From Octopus sinensis (Eukaryota): a stretch of 64,000 nucleotides of DNA. Position 1 is the stretch's first letter. The number at the start of each line of letters is the position of its first letter. Shown here one piece after another: positions 51,625-64,000 of this stretch. The notes under the pieces are model-generated. The model saw only the letters and a list, made by a program, of their open reading frames with translations. It did not search any database and was not told the DNA's origin. The stretch is from contig NC_043020.1 of NCBI RefSeq assembly GCF_006345805.1, forward strand, positions 19,654,001-19,718,000. Reading direction: 5' to 3'. A program made the translations under genes and the position numbers.

Positions 51625-52296
51625 ATATATAAACCCCCCTTCCCTTCTTTCCTGAGCGTCAATAATACTTTAATTGTTCCACGTCCTGCGTTGCTGTGTT
51701 TTTTTCTCTTTTTTTCTGTGTTTTCTTGTTTGGATTAACTATATATATATATATATATATATACAAAATAAGAAAAATGGAGAAACACATCTTAATCAAT
51801 GATCAACTACCAGATAATACTCAATCACATAATTTAATACTTTGCATATATATCAGTCCGGGTAAACGCTTGTACACCTGTGGAATTTTCTACTATGTAA
51901 ATCAATGTTTTCCATCTTTCTTTTTATATGTATCTGCCGATCTTAATGCTTTGCATGGTACTGTATTGTTGTTGTTGTTGTTTTTGCTATTATGTTGCTA
52001 ACCGCGTGATGCATATATTGTTTTGCTGGTATTAATGCTATTATTATTAATAATGATATTAGTAGCAATAGTGGCAATGGTAATAGTAATGATAGTAATA
52101 TTAATGGCATTTTGTAACTTAATATAATGAATTATTGACTTTGTATATCTGCATTTGAATATAGATATGTGTATGTTTCTATATTGTAATATTCTAATAT
52201 ATTGTTGTGACTAACTGTAACCTTGAATATAGAACATATGTATGTATATTGCTGTATATTATTATTATTATTATTATATATATGTATATATATATA

Positions 52297-52327
<31 letters not shown>

Positions 52328-52509
52328 GGAGTATGGATATATGCACTCATATGTATGTGTATATTATATTATATATTATGGGTATGTACCCACTATTGTA
52401 TGGGTGTACCTCCTCTGATTTTCATATTTAATTTAGTTTGTTCTTCATAATCTCTGAAGAGGTCTTGGGATATTTTTGTAAGTGTCTCATTTATAACTAC
52501 ATAACGGAC

Positions 52510-53196
52510 CTTCGAACTTTAGGTCTCACCATGGAAATGACTAGAGACCGAGACCTATGGAAGTATGCTGTGCGTGAGAAGACCCGGCAAGACTAGTGAA
52601 GCCATAACCCGTGGCCCCTACCTGGGACGTAGTCAGTCCACCTGTGCATACCTTCCTTCTTGTGACACTTGTGAAGACCTGTTGAGGCAAGTGAAAATCA
52701 AAATCAAACCAAATCAAAATAGATGAACATCAATGGAATTTGTATCTTTGTGGTACCAGTGCCGGTGGCACATAAGAAAACTATCCGAATGTGGCCGTAG
52801 CCAGTACCGCATCGACTGGCCTCCGTGCTGTGGGCACGTAACAAACACCATCCGATCGTGGCCGTTTGCCAGCCTCGTCTGGCACCTGTGTCGGTGGCAC
52901 ATAAAAAACACCATCCAAGCGTGGCCGTCTGCCAGCCTCGTCTGGCACCTGTGTCGGTGGCACATAAAAAACACCATCCGAGCGTGGCTGTTTGCCAGCC
53001 TCGTCTGGCACCTGTGTCGGTGGCACATAAAATCACCCACTACACTCTTGGAGTGGTTGGCGTTAGGAAGGGCATCCAGCTGTAGAAACACTGCCAGATC
53101 TGACTGGCCTGGTGCAGCCTTCGGGCCCCCCAGACCCCAGTTGAACCGTCCAACCCATGCTAGCATGGAAAGCGGACGTTAAACGATGATGATGAT
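52510..53196 (+). mobile_element. RTE LINE 3' end with three ~59-bp internal tandem repeats and (GAT)n tail
   Basis: ORF end GLTMEMTRDRDLWKYAVREKTRQD*; repeats of CCATCCGAGCGTGGCCGTTTGCCAGCCTCGTCTGGCACCTGTGTCGGTGGCACATAAAA; tail GGACGTTAAACGATGATGAT. Confidence 0.85.
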
Positions 53197-54131
53197 ATTA
53201 ACCTATCACACATGGCTAATATGAGCATAATGAGGCACCCATATCTGCATGGCTGAAACAGCTGTAAGATGTAGTTTATATTTATATTTGTATTTATTTA
53301 TATTCACTTATACATACTGTACTTATTGTATCATATTACTCTTTCATGTACATTGTTTTGTTCTATAATGTTCATATATAGTGGTTTAATAAATTATGTG
53401 ATTGGGTATTATCTGGTAGTTGATCATTGATTAAGATGTGTTTCTCCATTTTCTTATTTTGTATTATTAATTTGTGGTAAAACATTTTACCTTTGCTCAT
53501 TTAATACAGTAAATGAATTAATTGCATCGCAGTTCTTAACATTTATGTATTAACTTTGTTGGGTGCTTCACTAGCAGTATATTGGATATATGTTATCCCA
53601 TGGAGGGTTGCACTTACAACCCCTATCTCTATTTGTATATATATATATATAAAATTTACCTAAAAAATTGTTGAAGCCCTTTTGATTCAATCATCTGTCT
53701 TTTTTAGTGGTCATTAAATTGTTGTGCATTTGGCTGGGTATTCTACTGACACATCTGCCTTTAACATAATTCAGATGAACTGTGTGACAAAGGTGACCAT
53801 TTGAATCTCAGGTACAGTTTATAAGCCTCTGCCAACCTAGATTCACTGGCCAAAATGACAAAAGACACCTGCTCAGGATTCGACACCATGGGATTGAACA
53901 CAGAACCTTGTAATTACAAAACAAACTTCTTGATGCAAATATAATTGAAATTTATGAATGATATTCCTTTATTTTCAAAATCTATATAAAATCCCATCAC
54001 AGTCCACCTTAACTTTCATCTCCAGGGCTTGGGAATGTGTGTAACAAAATGTTGCTACTTAAGCCAAATATATTTAAGGCATTTGTTTTCTTCAATAAAT
54101 AATGTGGTTTCTTTAATTTTTTCATTTACAG

Positions 54132-54359
54132 TTATCTACATTACCTGAAGATATTGCTGACTGCCCACGACTAAAAGTTTTGCGCCTCCTGGAAAACTGT
54201 CTTGATATATCTGCTTTCACACCAAAAATCATGAAAAACTCCAAAATTTCTCTTCTCTCTGTTGATGGAAATGTTTTTGACATGAAAGATTTCTACAACA
54301 TTCCAGGATATGAAAATTATATGGAACGATTTACTGCAACAAAAATGAAATTCAATTGA
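54132..54359 (+). CDS. LRRC57: LRRC57 coding exon 2 (to stop)
   Basis: tttacag|LSTLPEDIADCPRLKVLRLLENCLDISAFTPKIMKNSKISLLSVDGNVFDMKDFYNIPGYENYMERFTATKMKFN*; YMERFTAT matches the LRRC57 C-terminus; missed by the ORF track. Confidence 0.95.
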   Translation, partial: LSTLPEDIADCPRLKVLRLLENCLDISAFTPKIMKNSKISLLSVDGNVFDMKDFYNIPGYENYMERFTATKMKFN

Positions 54360-54535
54360 CCTTCAAGAAGCAATTGTCATTTTCCATGTGCTGCCTCTAC
54401 TTCCACTCTTACTCTCATATGAGCCATCTATTTTTCTTTGTTTTCCTTTTTCTCCTGCTAAAACTAATACATGCATACATACATACACACATACATTAAC
54501 ATGTGACAAATAATAGTATTTTCCTAATGCCTAAA

Positions 54536-54623
54536 AATAAACAAAAGAATTCAAATATTTATTGTTATACACGCTGTAACACATAGCTGTACCCACACAT
54601 ATACATACATATATCTGTGTGTG

Positions 54624-54661
<38 letters not shown>

Positions 54662-54847
54662 TACACACATACACGTCTATATATATATATATATATCCTT
54701 GTATGTATATATGCATGTGTGATTTATATATATATATAAAATGTGTGTGTGTATGTATGTATAAAAGCACAATCCTCTGTATTTAAAGAAAAATAAAAAA
54801 CAAACTAACCTTTCCTTTATTTAAGTATGAAAGTTAATACAAATAAA
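54536..54847 (+). promoter_or_regulatory. Candidate LRRC57 polyadenylation signals
   Basis: AATAAA at 54536, 54792 and 54842 downstream of the stop; AT-rich background makes these weak. Confidence 0.25.
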
Positions 54848-55525
54848 GAGCAAAGATCTCTGAATGTGAAAATTTATTTATAGAAATGCTTTTGTTATTG
54901 TTTCTTTGTTCTTGTAAATATGTTATTAATTTTTTAGTGTCTACCAATATATGCATATACATTTGATATCTGTCAGTTCATGTCTTTACATTTAGTATGT
55001 AAAATTAAAATGTACCCTGTAAATGCTGTGAAATGGTTGGTGTAAGGAAGGGCATTCTGCCACAGAAACCATGCCAAAAGAGACAATTGGAGTGTGATGT
55101 AGTCCTTGGACCCATCTAATCCTGTCAAACCATCCAACCCATAATAGTTTGGAAATGATGATCATCATGATACATGTATATTTTGTGTGTGTGTGTGCAG
55201 ATACAGCATGGCCAAATGCTTGAAAAGTTTGCTTCACAAACACAAATTCCCGTGTTTGATCCCATTGCATGGCATCTTGGACAAACATCATTTTCTCTAG
55301 CCTCAGGTTGACTCTTGCTTTCTGAGTGAAATTGAGTTGATAAAAGCAATACAGAGCCCTGTAAAGTGGACTGCACTTGTAATTCAAAGGATACAGCCTT
55401 GTCACTGCCTTACTGATTCTGCCTGTGAATTACATTAAAAGCACATGACTGTATAATGTTCTACCACTCATGCATTCATGTAGGAACAGCCACTACAGTT
55501 AATTAAACAACAGAGCCACTATATA

Positions 55526-55821
55526 TACGAGGAGGTAACCAGAAACGTTCTCTGTGAGACAAGCCTGTTGTAGTTCAGGCTTTCACTGCTAGAAACCACT
55601 TGATGCGACCCTCAGGTATCAGTCTACTGACTAGTGTCATCAAGTGTGGTCATACTGCCATGTGGTGTGTTTTTGTTTTGCAGTGCTTCTACCCTGTTCG
55701 TTGATTTTTGCAATGGTTGAAATGAAGGAATGGCATGCTTCCGTGAAATTCTCTTTTCTGCAGGATAAAACAGTTGTCATGCTTCAAACAGCTTAGAAGA
55801 ATGCTGTCATGAGCAAAACGC
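55526..55821 (+). mobile_element. mariner-derived element cut by the assembly gap
   Basis: TACGAGG terminus; VVMLQTA..AVMSKT remnant. Confidence 0.6.
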
Positions 55822-55921
55822 NNNNNNNNNNNNNNNNNNNNNNNNNNNNNNNNNNNNNNNNNNNNNNNNNNNNNNNNNNNNNNNNNNNNNNNNNNNNNNN
55901 NNNNNNNNNNNNNNNNNNNNN
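55822..55921. other. Assembly gap (100 N)
   Basis: Run of N. Confidence 1.
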
Positions 55922-57674
55922 ATATATATCGTGTGTGTGTGTATCTATATATATATCTCTATATATGGTGTTGTGGTATATATATCTAATATATATGTGG
56001 TGTATGTATATCTATATGTGTGTGGTGTATATAATATATAATATGATGTCTGTAGGGTTCCACAATTTGTTACAAACAACCACACTGATGATTTGTTTAT
56101 AGTGATCAAATGTTTGTATTCACATCAGCCGACTCTCTCCATCAGATCGACATTAACTGTACAGGTGTATGGATGGATGCCAGATGACAAAATGATTGCA
56201 GAGCGACATGAAATGAAGTACTTTGCTCGACAACACAAAGCATCGCCTGTATTTGACACAACCGGTTCGTGCTTGTGAAAAAGACGGTGAAACGAACAAG
56301 AGTTATGTCCCTTGATATCAAACATCCGGTAGGGTTTTGCAAAACGACGAGTTTTCTGCAGAAGAGTGTTTTAGGGTTGGTATTCTTGTAGAAACGGAAT
56401 GTGTGTAGTGATACTAGATGTGCAGCGTTTCCCATGGATGGTTGTAACAGCAAGGCTACATGCACACACACATGTACTAGTGTTGATCGAGGCATGAATA
56501 GCCACATATAATAAAGAGAACTCTAGCCTTGCTGGTGGGCATGGTAATATTTCTAGTGCTAGTGCTATGGTAAACTATATACAATACATTATATAAAGTG
56601 GTTGGTGATAGCGAGAACATCCGACCATAGCCATCATGTCAAAAAAACAAGACTTTTGAGTGAGGAGCATCCAACCATAACCATCATGTGAAAAAAAAAT
56701 TTTTGTGAGTGAAATGTGAACTTTGACCTACTTACTTTGGTAGTAACTCCAAATTTAGGTCACAGACGATGACACTTCATAGATTGATTTCTTTGATTCT
56801 AGCATTTCAACAGTAATTTTTTTTTTGACCTTGACATACTCTACCATTGCCACTTGTCTCATCACCATTTCCACACCAACCAGTAATTCCATGCTTCTGT
56901 TATATGTTATAGTTTCAACTTAGCCAAAAGAATCACTTTGACCCTGAACTTGGAACATTTAAATGCATCCTCATCTTCATCCAGTTACAGTTTGTTTCCA
57001 AATTCTCACCTTGTTATTCTAATATTTTGTAAAAGTCAAAAAAGATTAAAACATTTTATTTCTTTTTTATTCTTCTTCAACTCTTTCACCTAATTCAGTC
57101 GTTGCACTTTTGAAGTTCAGCTCTTTATGTTCTGAGTAGAAGCAATTCACTGCTTTAAGCAGTAAACAGAGGCAGTAGTGTGAATTTGATGAGTGTTTCA
57201 CTTAATTTCCATTGCTCAACTCAGTTCTTTCTGCATGTGAAGCCTGGAGAGGTGTGGGTTCCCTGCAAGCTAGCTTACTCTTCATACTGCTTTGACTCAG
57301 AGATGAAAATTTTTGGAAGGAATCCAAAATGACACAGAGGTTTATGGGTTCCATTCAGGGCCTCCAAGAGATATTTTGCAAGGTGGTACAAGACCCCCTT
57401 GGGGCCCTGAAGCAGGTAAGATCTTTCTTAAAATCAAGGATTTGAGGTCCAGTAAATCTAGATGTAAACTCTCATAAATGCTTTATTTCCACAATCAAAT
57501 ATAACATAATTAATGTATATATTCAGTTAATACAGCAACATAAGTCAGTATTTATGGTTACATTCACCAATCGCCTTTTAGGTTTTTTCATAGTGAAATG
57601 CTTTTTAAGCATTCATAATTTCTTTAAAAAAAAAAGAATTTCTCTTAAAAGAAAAACAAAATACAAATTTAACA

Positions 57675-58087
57675 TGTAGTGATGCTACTGTGTAAGGTTC
57701 AGCATGCTACTGTGTAAGGTTCCGGGTGGCCACCGGAAGTCTTCCCCATGCGCATGTGCGGGAAACTGACCCCTAAGGCACAGTCCACTCACTCGCTCTC
57801 TCTGGCACTTTCAGCCCTCGTGAACAGACGTGCATTTGGTAGTCTCTGAGAACTCTACACCGGCTTAGCAACGGACCACATCGAATCACTTCAATCAACC
57901 AACAAGAAGCAGTACAAAGATTTGGCTGTCGTTTGCCCTCAGAAATACGTACACCATCACGAGTAATAAACAACATTTGCTGTCTTTCCCAGATAACCTG
58001 ACTTCGTCTGTTATATCTAACTAAATTGAATGTGACGGGATCGGATCGGACACCCCTCCACTGATACCGATTCCAGATCCTGTTACA
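57675..58087 (+). mobile_element. Solo LTR (Gypsy-like), 413 bp, 4-bp TSD AACA
   Basis: AACA|TGTAG...GTAATAAAC...TGTTACA|AACA; TGTA/TACA termini; CpG-rich relative to flanks; strand inferred from AATAAA. Confidence 0.7.
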
Positions 58088-58199
58088 AACATTTAACTAC
58101 AGTACTAATTAAAATGTGCTTTTCTGGCTTCTCATTTGAAAAAGTTCTAATAACTCTATCAAAATCAATTTGTCTGGCAATGCCAGCTTCAATACTCAG

Positions 58200-58870
58200 T
58201 CATGCTAGATCAACAAGTCTGATTTGAGACTTAGTAGACCTCAAATAGTTTTAGATAAGTTTGAGTTTATTAGAAGATCTTTCAGCTGATACTACTGTAG
58301 CTGGAATTGTCAACAATATCCTCAAACTAATACAAACATTTGGAAATATTTCACACAATTTGTAGTCTGTTAAATTTAACAATTCTTGAGGTTTTGTTTC
58401 TGGTTTTCCAAAATTAGCTTTATGTACTGCTGGCAAATGTTGAATTTCTTCTATAGAATCTTCATCACTAAAATCTGCAGAATATGAATGTGCCATAGCT
58501 TTTGCTTTCTTTCTTGCTCACTTCCAGGCATTGTGGGATATTTCCATAAAAAAATCAAAATTTTCAGCCAACCTCTTAGCAACATTAAAATGTTCTGTTA
58601 ATCCTGCAACAACATTATCAATCAAAACATAAAACAGTTTTTACTGAAACAGGGCTCTTCTGGTGAATCATCTGTGTCACTCATTTCTGCCAGGTTGTCA
58701 TCAAGCATCCTTGTTCTCTTCTCACCCATGCCTCCATGCCCATGGGTGAGTTTGATTTCCATCTCAAGATTTGATGCAACCTCTTTGACTTCATTCTAGA
58801 TTCCTTTCCATTCACCTTGTAATTTCATCAAGTCTTCAAGGAGAGGTTCAATGTTAGATACCTCTTACAA
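58200..58870 (-). mobile_element. hAT (Tip100/ZMYM1-like) transposase C-terminal remnant
   Basis: IFPNVCISLRILLTIPATVVSAERSSNKLKLI hAT dimerisation motif. Confidence 0.75.
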
Positions 58871-58874
58871 TGTC

Positions 58875-60432
58875 AGATACCCAGCTTGCTGAGTGCCACA
58901 GACCAAATCTGCAGCTGGTGCAAAGTCCAATGCAGACCTAGGGTGACGTGGTGGTGGAACAATGCTGTAAACAAGGCCATTAGAGCACAGAAACAGGCCT
59001 GGAAGAGTGGGGATAGCAGGGAACTGTATCAGATAGCCAGAAGGGAAGCTAGAAGACAGGTATATCTAGTCAAGGGAGAAGCAGAAAAGAAGTTTACTTA
59101 TGTTTAGCGACATGAGAACCAAAGATTTGATGTGTTTCAGATTTCAAGACAGTGTGTGAGAGAAAATTGTGATGTCATAAAAGGGAAATGTGTCTACATG
59201 GATGATGGTGCCCTTGTGTTTAATGATTCTGTGAAGAAAGAGGCTTGGAAATGCCATTATGAAAAACTGCTGAACATGGAGAATGAATGGGAGGAGGAGG
59301 AGAGTCTGCCAAATGCTGACCCAAGTGAGGGACCCGCTATCTGAATCAACAGTACCTTGGTAGATAAAGCAATTAAGGATATGAAAATAGGGAAAACTTC
59401 CAATCCATCAGGAATCCCTGTTAAGATGCTTAAAATATCTAGTCACCCATATTGTAAATCAGGTGGTTCACGAACAAGTCATACTCGATGATTGGTGTAG
59501 CAGCACCATAGTCAACTACTACAAAGGTAAATGTGATACCCTAGATAGAAGTAATTACAGAGGTATCAAATTGTTGGATTAGGTGTTGAAAGTTATGGAG
59601 AGGGTCATAGCCCAACTAATTATAAGGTTAGTTTAGATGAGATACAGTTTGGTTTTATACCAGGGAGAAGCACCACTGATGCTATATTTCTGGCTAGGAA
59701 GCTGCAGGAGAAATACATAGCCAAATATAAACTTCTGCACTTGACTGTTAACTTGGAGAAAGCCTTTGACAATGTCATCTATCCCTAGTTTCCCCAATGT
59801 GAAAACTAGAGATAGATGAGTGGTTGGTGAGAGCTGTACAAGCCATGTACAGGGGCATTATCAATAAGTTCAGGATTGGCAATGAGTACAGTGAAGAATT
59901 GAGAGCACAAGTAGGTGTTCACCAAGGATCAGTCCTCATCCCCTTCTTGTTCGTCATAATCCTCCAGACAATAACAGAGGAATTTAAGACAAGCTGTCCC
60001 TGGGAGCTCCTCTATGCTGATGACCTTATTCTTATAGCTGAATCACTACCAGAACTAGAGAAATCTCAGGTATGGAAGCAAGGTTTAGAATCGAAGGGCC
60101 TTAGAGTTAACCTAGCAAAAACCGAAATTTTAGTAAGTAGGAAGGCAGACAAATCACAAATCCCTTCAGGTAGATGGCCCTGCTCAATCTGTAGAAAAGG
60201 CATAGGTAGAAACTCCATAAGATGTACCCAGTGTAAGCTATGGACACATAAGATGTGTTGCAATATCAGAGGAAGTTTAATAGGGAAAATAGCTTTTGTG
60301 TGTGGAAGATGCACAGGTACAATAAACACCAAAAATGTACAGAAAATAGACTTCATCAACTGACAGGTGGGTAAGCTAGAGGTAGTAGATAGTTTCCGCT
60401 ATCTAGGTGACCAAGTTAGTAGCAGGGGTGGA
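58875..60432 (+). mobile_element. RTE-clade LINE, degenerate ORF2 (RT plus PHD-like Cys/His domain)
   Basis: NYRGIKLL; QFGFIPGRSTTDAIF; LEKAFD; VHQGS; ELLYADD; CSIC..CTQC.LWTHKMC..CGRC; LEVVDSFRYLG. Confidence 0.88.
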
Positions 60433-61039
60433 TTTATATTATAAATACAGCAAAATATCCAGATATTCATGTTCAAAACAAAGCTTATCCCAGCTGTATG
60501 GCTTATACACATAAATATTATTAAGTAATTCAACAAACATTGAAGCATGTATCCTCAGCTTTCTGTCTCAAGATTTTGAAACAAAATTGTGAAACAAAAT
60601 AATATACATAGAGGTACATGGTGACATGAAAATTCTGGTGTATGCTAGTTACACCATTATGTTGATTTATGCATTTATGCATTTACCCTGGGTAGGTAGA
60701 TGCTCTTGGTGTTATCATGTGTCTATACAACTAGGCCTACAATAATTGATAATAACAACTAATAGAAAGAAGTAAGTGTGGTGTGATAAGTATAGTGATG
60801 CTTGTGTATGTGAATGTAAGTGTATGTTGGGCTGGGGGTTGTAGGAAGTGCTTGTTTTTGAGGGAAGATGATTGTTTTATGGTTGCTGTGGGGCCCTCCT
60901 TAGCTATTATATATATATATGTACATACGAGCAAAACGCCCCCCCCCCCCATCCAATGGACGGTGCTGAGTTGTCAAACATTTAAACCAAATTTTCTCAA
61001 AACAACTAGGCCTCCCCTTTGAGAAACACTGATTTAACC

Positions 61040-61610
61040 TAAATTTGAGACACCAGCAAAAAAAGAAATAACGATAGACTTTTTTCTATTCCAAAGAAAA
61101 ACGATTTTATTCACACAGATATGCAACCGAAGAGTTTAAAGTACCAGTAATGATAAGGCTGCTGACTGGGAGAACACAAACATGGTTTAAACAGTAAGCT
61201 TGGTGGGAAAGAAGCGTGTTTTCTTTTCATTAAAAATAATTAAGCATGCCTTTATTTCAATAAAATTTATGGTTTTGTTAAACGAAGTTAAGGCAAAAAA
61301 AAAAACTTCTTGAGAAACCAAATAGTCTTTCCTTCCTTCATGCCAAGTTTGAAGAAAATATCTCTTTTGCACCTTACTTTTTTTGTGCAAACTGCATGTG
61401 CATTTTTCTTGCGTATGCATAATATCAATTGCAACAGCTGATGTACTTGCACGTACAAATGCACGTTCCCACGGCTTTATCGATCGCATTCTCACCTGTA
61501 ACCTGATACCATCAGTATCTACATATCAAATTTGAGCGCAATCGGATGGAGGATGCCCGAGATCCTAGAAAACACACACAGACAGACAGAATGGATTTTA
61601 TATAATAGAT
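61040..61610 (-). mobile_element. Non-autonomous Helitron/DINE-like element
   Basis: Minus strand ATCTATTATATAAAATCCATT(CTGT)n..CCGATTGCGCTCAAATTTG; 3' end uncertain. Confidence 0.45.
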
Positions 61611-62180
61611 ATACAAATATATTGTGCTCAAATTTGGTATAAACTCAAAAGTATTCAAAAAAATTTTACCCTTTTGTTATAATATTCTTCTTAATAATCT
61701 TCTTGATAACCCTAAATCTTAATTATATATAATATGGCAATATTGTTTAAAATATTCAACTATAGTACTGCATGATAAAATTTCCCCTGTATTATCATCA
61801 TTGGTTTACTAGAGTCTTGCCCCTTTAATTATCAGCTAACATAAGGATTTAAGATTTCCTTTACCAAATCTCATTATATGGCTTCAAATTAATTTTGATA
61901 GTTTTATTACTATACCCACTATGACTTCTTTCGACCCCTCAGCCCTTTTCCTAAGAGACACTGCTCCTTGTTCCTTGGCCTTAGACTATAAATTAAAACT
62001 GACCCCAAAAAACAGTGACAGGCTAGATCTCTAACAAGTATTTCTTCTTGATACCTTAGTAGCTTCTAAGCTGAAGTGAAGACAGCATGTTCTTTGTCTA
62101 TCTCCTTACCTTCTTGGAGGTTTTAGGTAAAATTATACTAATGTGCCCTTCTGTTTTAATTTAATTCAATTCTAAGTATA

Positions 62181-62335
62181 GGCATAGGAGTGGCTGTGTG
62201 GTAAGTAGCTTGCTTACCAACCACATGGTTCCAGGTTCAGTCCCACTGCATAGTACCTTCTACTATAGCCTCAGGCTGACCAAAGCCTTGTGAGTGGATT
62301 TGGTAGACAGAATCTGAAAGAAGCCCATCGTATAT
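62181..62335 (+). mobile_element. tRNA-derived SINE family B (others ~20672-20836 minus, 22670-22790 minus, 27330-27490, 29835-29950, 40960-41110, 47170-47335 minus, 48186-48340, 63530-63682 minus)
   Basis: GTGGCTGTGTGGTAAG..CCAACCACATGGTTCC.GGTTCAGTCCCACTG..GTGAGTGGATTTGG..GAAAGAAGCC. Confidence 0.8.
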
Positions 62336-63478
62336 ATCATCATCATCATCATCATCATATATATGTACATGTGTGTATATGTTTGTTCCCCAACATCACT
62401 TGACAAGCAATGCTGTAACTTAGTGGTTCGGCAAAAGAGACCAATAGAATAAGTGCTAGGCTTACAAAGAATAAGTCCTGCAGTCAATTTGCTTGACTAA
62501 AGGCAGTGCTCCGGCATGGCCACAGTCAAATGACTGGAACAAGTAAAAGAGTAAAGAGAGAGTATTTATGCAGCTGAGGATTGCTCTGCATTTAAACTGA
62601 TGTAATGGTTGCATTGTTCAATTAAATGGAGTTGCTTGAAACGATCATGCTGCATTACCTCTGGATATCCTGTTGCTTATTTTGATTTTAATCACTTTAT
62701 TTTGAAACTAAGTTTATAAAGTGGAACTCATTAAGAGGCCTCGATCAAGGAGGGGAGTATATGAGGAATGGAGATGTCCAAAATGTTTAATTCTTACCTG
62801 TATTCACCTGATGAAAACGTTTTTTATTTTTTCGCATGATGTAACACTTCCATTCATCCATAAAAAACACATCCAAAACAGCTGTAGTGAATCATAATCC
62901 CTCAATTGTTATTTGTTTACCTTTCACCAAACTCCGAACCTGCAATTCATTTAGATCTCTATTCATTTAGATCTCTGGTGCAACAGGTGCAGTGAGTGTA
63001 CCCATGTGTGACCTTGATGATTTGTTGCATATTCAGTCTGCCATTTGTAAATGTATGCACAACCTGAGTACAAATCCGTCCTTACTTTAGTAAGTATGAA
63101 TTTTTCCTTAAATACTGTTTGTACACGATAGAGCTATCACTGACCTGACCTTCGTCTTTACTCTTTAAGTGTCTGATTTCCAGAATTCATTCTGGAAATT
63201 TTATACATATTCCTTCTTTTATTTGTTTCAGTCATTTGTCAGCATCCATGCTTGGAGCACTGCCTTCAAGAGTTTTAATCGAACGAATTGACCCCAGGAC
63301 TTCTATTTAAGCCGAGTACTTATTCTATCGTCCTCTCTTGCTGAACCACTAAGTCATAGGGATGTAAACACACCAACACCAGTTGTCAATCAATGGTGGG
63401 GGAGGGGACAAACACATATACAAAGGCATGCACTCACAGATATATACATACATATATATACATATATATATATATATA

Positions 63479-63519
<41 letters not shown>

Positions 63520-64000
63520 TATATATTTGACAGGTTTCTTTCAGTTTGTCTTTTAAATCCACTCACAAGGCTTTGGTCAGCCTGAGGCTATAATAGAAGA
63601 CACTCGCCCAAGGTGCCATGCAGTGGGGCTGAACCCAGAACCATGTGGTTGGGAAGCAAGCTTCTTACTACACAGCCATGCAATATATGTATATATATAT
63701 AATACATTAAAAGTCAGCTTTTTTCGAGTGCATACAACATATCTCACCTCCAAAGATTTGGCTGCTATTTCTAGCACGCCCTGCTACCATGTAACAGCTA
63801 TTTGCAATAAAGGACCTGGAATACCTTTTACGTGGTAGCAGGGTGTGCAAGAAATAGCAGCCAGATTTTTCTTTTTTGGGGAAAGGATTACACATGATTT
63901 TAATGTCACATTCATTGAAAGCATGTGAAATAACCTGGAAAAGAAAACAACCCAGGAAACAAAACTCCGTTGCTGGGAAACTCAGATTTCCACAGTGACC

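Noticed and set aside
52450-52480. CTGAAGAGG motif at the end of an AT-rich repeat
   Set aside because: No downstream GAAA or helix; at most a truncated remnant.
52850-53035. Three ~59-bp repeats, superficially CRISPR-like
   Set aside because: Contiguous with no unique spacers; they are part of an RTE 3'UTR in a eukaryote.

Overview
AT-rich eukaryotic (animal) genomic DNA, dense in microsatellites and repeats. The repeat families look like coleoid cephalopod (Octopus-like) DNA; this is an inference from recognition, not a database match. Two spliced genes are divergent. (1) COG6 lies on the minus strand, with 17 coding exons hand-assembled from ATG 34936 down to 1133. All phases are consistent, one intron is GC-AG, and the final exons lie left of the window. 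(2) LRRC57 lies on the plus strand, complete in two coding exons (44527-45021 and 54132-54359, 240 aa). The rest is tRNA-derived SINEs, RTE and CR1-type LINE fragments, Tc1/mariner and hAT remnants, a solo LTR, Helitron-like elements, foldback elements and a 100-N gap. There are three highlights. First, a tandem array of ~330-340 bp units in COG6 intron 1 carries type I hammerhead-ribozyme motifs and a 5' inverted partial copy (retrozyme/Penelope-like). Second, a tRNA-headed SINE ends in a hammerhead-like motif and sits back-to-back with a second SINE. Third, a near full-length U6 snRNA copy is fused directly to the 5' end of a CR1-type LINE in the LRRC57 intron, downstream of a same-strand SINE. 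Every ribozyme copy seen here is individually degenerate, so activity is not shown. Repeat boundaries are approximate. There are no CRISPR arrays or prokaryotic features.
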